This document shows positions 60,526 to 64,000 of a stretch of DNA of 64,000 nucleotides, one piece after another. Numbering within the stretch: the stretch's first letter is position 1; each line of letters opens with the position of its first letter. The DNA lies in IMG/VR virus record IMGVR_UViG_3300032236_001159, positions 21,711 to 85,710 of that record. One strand, 5' to 3'. The translations under genes and the position numbers were made by a program. The notes under the pieces are model-generated. The model was not told the DNA's origin. It saw only the letters and a program-made list of their open reading frames with translations, and did no database searches. The DNA is from a virus.

Positions 60526-60710
60526 TTTACACCTTCGATTGCCGATTCCATATTAACTTCTCTGATGTCCATTCTAAAATAATCACATCCATCTTCTTCT
60601 ACCAATTTATGGGCATATGCTTCCGAAGTTGATTTACAATCAAAGAGTTCCAGTGTTTCAAAATCTTCCCCACCAAAATAATAACCACCAATCACAGCAT
60701 AGACTTCCAT
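60522..60710 (-). CDS. Hypothetical early protein
   Basis: 62 aa, VYAVIGG...GE...LFDC.S. Confidence 0.65.
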   Translation of the reverse strand: MEVYAVIGGYYFGGEDFETLELFDCKSTSEAYAHKLVEEDGCDYFRMDIREVNMESAIEGVK

Positions 60711-60716
60711 AATGAT

Positions 60717-60980
60717 TCAGGCAGAAAATGGTTCAGCAAAATGATCTTCCACAAATTGAGGAATTGTATTGAAATCTACAACTTCAAAGGGGATTGAATC
60801 ATTATTCAAATAAACTTGAACTTCAAGATACATTTCAATTCGGTTGAGCATCACCTTGGATAATGTCTTTCCTTGAAATGTGATAATTTTAAGAAACCAC
60901 TCTTTGGATACATTACCAGTGAAAGATTTGATGGGATAAAAATCAACCACCGAAGTATTGTCTTGCGATTGAAGTTTCAT
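60717..60980 (-). CDS. Hypothetical early protein
   Basis: Likely start MKLQSQDN. Confidence 0.6.
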   Translation of the reverse strand: MKLQSQDNTSVVDFYPIKSFTGNVSKEWFLKIITFQGKTLSKVMLNRIEMYLEVQVYLNNDSIPFEVVDFNTIPQFVEDHFAEPFSA

Positions 60981-60984
60981 AGTC

Positions 60985-61272
60985 TCAGGAATTACAAAGA
61001 GAATTATACTTAATGAGTTTGCTGATAATATCAGCATCACTCTTTACCTTACACTTTCGGAACTTTGGCATATTGAAATGCTTGGATATAAGTTCGATCT
61101 TTTCATCACGAATACAAAATATAGCATATCGAGAATTGTGATATATTCCGTTGCTCCAATCTTTTCTAGAATCCAATGAGATTTTGATGAACTTAGAGGT
61201 ACTTCCACCCAAAGAACTTTCATCAATATAAACATAAGGAAAAGCAATCAATAGCAAATCACTCATACTCAT
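60985..61272 (-). CDS. Hypothetical early protein
   Basis: 95 aa with an AAGGAG RBS; SLD....WSNGIYHNSRY. Confidence 0.7.
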   Translation of the reverse strand: MSMSDLLLIAFPYVYIDESSLGGSTSKFIKISLDSRKDWSNGIYHNSRYAIFCIRDEKIELISKHFNMPKFRKCKVKSDADIISKLIKYNSLCNS

Positions 61273-61310
61273 AATCAGAACTCCTTAGTTTCCTTTGCTT
61301 GTGTCCTCTT

Positions 61311-61368
61311 ATTATAGCAGGTCCTAGGACCTGTGCCCGTTTAGTGTGCCACTCCTACAACTGGCACA
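61311..61368 (-). promoter_or_regulatory. Early promoter cassette
   Basis: Palindrome at 61345-61368, then 25 nt, then TGCTATAAT. Confidence 0.85.
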
Positions 61369-61372
61369 TTGA

Positions 61373-61531
61373 CTATGTGGGACGCATAAGACTAACACTA
61401 GATTCTACACCTTGCCAATCTTCTTCATTAGTTTCATAAATTGATTCCCAATGAATAGCATACTCCAAATCTTCAAAGATTTGATTGATTGTGTTTTCTT
61501 CAATTTGAATTTCATCGAGAAAAGGATTCAT
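61373..61531 (-). CDS. Small acidic hypothetical protein (52 aa)
   Basis: Manual translation MNPFLDEIQIEENTINQIFEDLEY... Confidence 0.5.
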   Translation of the reverse strand: MNPFLDEIQIEENTINQIFEDLEYAIHWESIYETNEEDWQGVESSVSLMRPT

Positions 61532-61798
61532 TCAGAGATTCTCAATTTCGTATAATAGAACTTCAACTTCTTCTTCGGTTTGATAACCTAGAACATCATC
61601 AGCAATTACAGTATCATAGCAGATGTGCCAATCTTCTTCGGTTCCTTTGAGAATGGCACTCTCATAGAGACCTTCTTCATAACCATAAGAATACTTAAAC
61701 CTTACAACACTGATGCCATAACCATTATCAAAGAAGTGTTTTGCCTGAACACCATTACCAATAGGATGGGGTTGAAATTGTAAATCAGAGAAGTTCAT
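61532..61798 (-). CDS. Conserved phage hypothetical protein
   Basis: FDNGYGISVV...SYGYEEGLYE.A...DVLGY motif. Confidence 0.75.
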   Translation of the reverse strand: MNFSDLQFQPHPIGNGVQAKHFFDNGYGISVVRFKYSYGYEEGLYESAILKGTEEDWHICYDTVIADDVLGYQTEEEVEVLLYEIENL

Positions 61799-61995
61799 TT
61801 GAAGAGACCAGCAATAATAGCAGCAATGAGAAGAATGGTAAGGATAACAATCACAATCAGAGCACTAATCCAGATGGGAGACAATACCCATATCCAAGGC
61901 CAAGTAATTTGACCAGTGAGTTTTAGACCGATAAACAATACAGTCAGAGCACCAGTGAAACTAATGCCGGAAGAAGAAGAGGAAGAAGAAGACAT
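61795..61995 (-). CDS. Small membrane protein
   Basis: Poly-Ser start, then GISFTGALTVLFIGLKLTG.I.W.W.WVLSPIWI; two TM helices. Confidence 0.8.
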   Translation of the reverse strand: MSSSSSSSSGISFTGALTVLFIGLKLTGQITWPWIWVLSPIWISALIVIVILTILLIAAIIAGLFK

Positions 61996-62023
61996 AATAG
62001 AAGAAGAAATGAGTTAGTTAAGT

Positions 62024-62197
62024 TCAAACACGAGAAAGAGCATCTTTCTTTTGCTTGGGATTGTGATTTTGCTTCACCCAAACAGAACGTTGCTTAGAAT
62101 GAATCTGCGAAGGAAGTTTGTGCTTACCTTGAACTTCATTCACCAAAGCAAAAACATTCAAAAGAAATGCTTTTTCCAACTTTTGTGCGGTCGTCAT
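62024..62197 (-). CDS. Small basic hypothetical protein (57 aa)
   Basis: First ORF after the cassette RBS; MTTAQKLEKAFLLNV... Confidence 0.55.
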   Translation of the reverse strand: MTTAQKLEKAFLLNVFALVNEVQGKHKLPSQIHSKQRSVWVKQNHNPKQKKDALSRV

Positions 62198-62226
62198 CAA
62201 GTCCGTTCCTTTGCTTGTGTTCTCTT

Positions 62227-62284
62227 ATTATAGCAGGTCCTAGGACCTGTGCCCGTTTACTGTGCCAGTGCTACAACTGGCACA
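62227..62284 (-). promoter_or_regulatory. Early promoter cassette
   Basis: Palindrome at 62261-62284, then 25 nt, then TGCTATAAT. Confidence 0.85.
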
Positions 62285-62289
62285 TAGGG

Positions 62290-62493
62290 TCAAGCAGCAA
62301 GCACCAAGTTTGCTACTCTATCTTCCCCAGGACGTTCTTTCAACTTATCACAAATAAGTTCAAATTGTTGAATGATATTGAGATAATAAGCAGAGGTTTG
62401 ATAGTTTCCATCCTTATGTAATTCTTCTTCGTGAATACTAAGAACTTCAATAATATCAAACAACTCCCCAGATGTCAAAGAGATTTGAGTCAT
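62290..62493 (-). CDS. Hypothetical early protein
   Basis: 67-aa ORF, ATGA-coupled. Confidence 0.65.
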   Translation of the reverse strand: MTQISLTSGELFDIIEVLSIHEEELHKDGNYQTSAYYLNIIQQFELICDKLKERPGEDRVANLVLAA

Positions 62494-62738
62494 TTTGTGT
62501 GCTCCTGGATGTAATCGTTAATACAGTCAAATGCTCTATTCAAAATGTAATCACTTTCATCCAAATCGTTGAGAACTTCGTTAGTGATTTCCTCACTAAA
62601 ATAGAGATTATTACCATCATCATCCATATCATATACATCTTCCTTGGTGAAGATGAAAGCAGCACAAGGTGCGTCTGCTCCTTGTTGCTCAATTAGACGT
62701 TCTACTGATTCTTTCAGTTGTTGAAGTGTGCGGTTCAT
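62490..62738 (-). CDS. Hypothetical early protein
   Basis: RTLQQLKESVERLIEQQG.DAPCAAFIFTKEDV. Confidence 0.7.
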   Translation of the reverse strand: MNRTLQQLKESVERLIEQQGADAPCAAFIFTKEDVYDMDDDGNNLYFSEEITNEVLNDLDESDYILNRAFDCINDYIQEHTK

Positions 62739-62917
62739 AGTGCCTCCCGTTCTTGTTTGATTTGTTTGAGTTCTTTGAGTGTGTTCACATTCCAGTTTTC
62801 ATTATCACCATAGGGAGGATATAATTTGCTATACCATTCCCCATACAATTCTGGATTAATGAGTTGCACCTGTTCTAAAGTTTCTGAAATCTCAACAAGG
62901 ATGTTAGTTTGTGTCAT
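62735..62917 (-). CDS. Hypothetical early protein
   Basis: 60-aa coupled ORF. Confidence 0.6.
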   Translation of the reverse strand: MTQTNILVEISETLEQVQLINPELYGEWYSKLYPPYGDNENWNVNTLKELKQIKQEREAL

Positions 62918-63096
62918 ACAATGTCAAAAATGGTGAAGAGTTCTCGTTGTGTTTCCGTGAACAAAGTATCAGGATCAGGATACCGATAATGTTCTTCCCA
63001 AAACTCTTTGTATTGGGACAACATATCCCGCAAGGAAGACATTTGCTTTTCAGTCAAGATTTCTTCCAGCAATAGAACTTTTTCCAAATCAGTCAT
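62914..63096 (-). CDS. Hypothetical early protein
   Basis: 60-aa coupled ORF. Confidence 0.6.
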   Translation of the reverse strand: MTDLEKVLLLEEILTEKQMSSLRDMLSQYKEFWEEHYRYPDPDTLFTETQRELFTIFDIV

Positions 63097-63098
63097 TT

Positions 63099-63284
63099 TT
63101 AATCTCCAAGATAACTAACATAATTCTCATAACCTTCTTGATATCTTCCTTCTTCAAGACCATCACTAAATCCTTCACTATAAGATCTCTCCATAAGTTT
63201 GAGAATCATACTCTCAACATCAGAAGTAAGATTAGAAGATTGAGTAAGGTCTTGAAGTTGATTTTGAAGTCCGTTAGAAATCAT
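63099..63284 (-). CDS. Hypothetical early protein
   Basis: 61-aa coupled ORF. Confidence 0.6.
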   Translation of the reverse strand: MISNGLQNQLQDLTQSSNLTSDVESMILKLMERSYSEGFSDGLEEGRYQEGYENYVSYLGD

Positions 63285-63487
63285 CAGTTTGCCTCCATAT
63301 TTTGACGCATTTCCCTATTCAATTTATTCGCAACTCGTTCAAACTGTTCTGCTCGCATCATCCAATGATCTTTGTTATCGGTAGATTGTTCGGCATAGAG
63401 TTTCATATAACCAACGGCAGTGTATGCCATCGCAAGCAAATCAGTTTCTTCATCAAAAGTAAGAGTTTTGGTGATGGTGGAAGTCAT
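63284..63487 (-). CDS. Hypothetical early protein
   Basis: First ORF after the promoter cassette. Confidence 0.65.
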   Translation of the reverse strand: MTSTITKTLTFDEETDLLAMAYTAVGYMKLYAEQSTDNKDHWMMRAEQFERVANKLNREMRQNMEAN

Positions 63488-63511
63488 TTGTCTTTGTTTG
63501 TTTGCCTTCTT

Positions 63512-63570
63512 ATTATAGCAGGTCCTAGGGTCGTTTGGGAGTGTAGTATGCCACCCCTACAACTGGCACA
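63512..63570 (-). promoter_or_regulatory. Early promoter cassette
   Basis: Palindrome at 63547-63570 (degenerate arm), then 26 nt, then TGCTATAAT. Confidence 0.8.
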
Positions 63571-63573
63571 TCA

Positions 63574-63786
63574 CTATACTGTCTCATTCACTTCTACGTT
63601 ATGGTCTTCAAACCATTCTTCACCATAACTTTCAACAATCTCTGTTGCCAGTTCTTCGTTAGTATAGTCGGTGAGATTTCCCACAAGAGTATCATAAGCA
63701 ATGTTCAATACTGCGTCCATATCTAGACTATCCAGAATGTATTGAGCATAAGAATCAATGACGGAATCACGGTCTTTGAAGTTCAT
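63574..63786 (-). CDS. Hypothetical early protein
   Basis: Likely start MNFKDRDS; Y...I.D..D...L...AYD...Y..EEL..EI...Y. Confidence 0.65.
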   Translation of the reverse strand: MNFKDRDSVIDSYAQYILDSLDMDAVLNIAYDTLVGNLTDYTNEELATEIVESYGEEWFEDHNVEVNETV

Positions 63787-63820
63787 TTGAGTTTCAGTTA
63801 GTTGGGTTGGTAGAAATTGT

Positions 63821-63985
63821 TCAGGATTCAACAGAAAACAACTTGTAAATCTTATTGGTTATATTATCATAATCAGAAAGAGGGTCAAACTCTGTATCTT
63901 CACAGAACTCTCGGTTATTATGAACCAAAGATTGAATCAAGTCCCATTCTTCCAAAGTGAAAAACTCTTTGATTGTTTCAGACAT
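63821..63985 (-). CDS. Small hypothetical protein (54 aa)
   Basis: Manual translation MSETIKEFFTLEEWDLIQSLV...; preceded by the cassette-type RBS at the window edge. Confidence 0.55.
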   Translation of the reverse strand: MSETIKEFFTLEEWDLIQSLVHNNREFCEDTEFDPLSDYDNITNKIYKLFSVES

Positions 63986-64000
63986 TCACCTTTCCTTTGC

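Noticed and set aside
59327-63570. The TGTGCCA palindromes as simple Rho-independent terminators
   Set aside because: No U-tract follows them, the arms tolerate non-compensated mismatches, and spacing to the -10 is fixed at 25-26 nt, which fits a DNA-binding site better. An RNA role is not fully excluded.
485-63628. All other plus-strand and nested minus-strand ORFs in the track
   Set aside because: They lie within well-identified minus-strand genes, lack recognisable motifs, and look like antisense or alternate-frame shadows.

Overview
64-kb, AT-rich segment of a T4-like cyanomyovirus (Kyanoviridae-type gene order); essentially every gene is on the minus strand. Read in the direction of transcription (right to left): (1) a cluster of small early genes driven by repeated promoter cassettes, each with a TGTGCCA-N10-TGGCACA palindrome (57-64 kb); (2) a ~1.4-kb largely non-coding control region with strand-biased repeats, DnaA-box-like 9-mers, a GIY-YIG ORF and two plus-strand promoters (55.5-56.9 kb); (3) the baseplate/neck/packaging/tail/head module (gp25, gp6, gp7, gp8, a 2505-aa structural protein, gp13-gp23, gp3); (4) the recombination/replication module (uvsY, uvsW, gp55, gp47, gp46, gp45, gp44, dam). 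The best-supported unusual feature is a fractured gp46. It is split at the Walker A motif by an atypically split intein (32-aa IntN, 124-aa IntC), with a free-standing Vsr-like endonuclease between the halves whose late promoter lies inside the IntN coding sequence. All calls come from motif recognition and gene order; no database searches were run.
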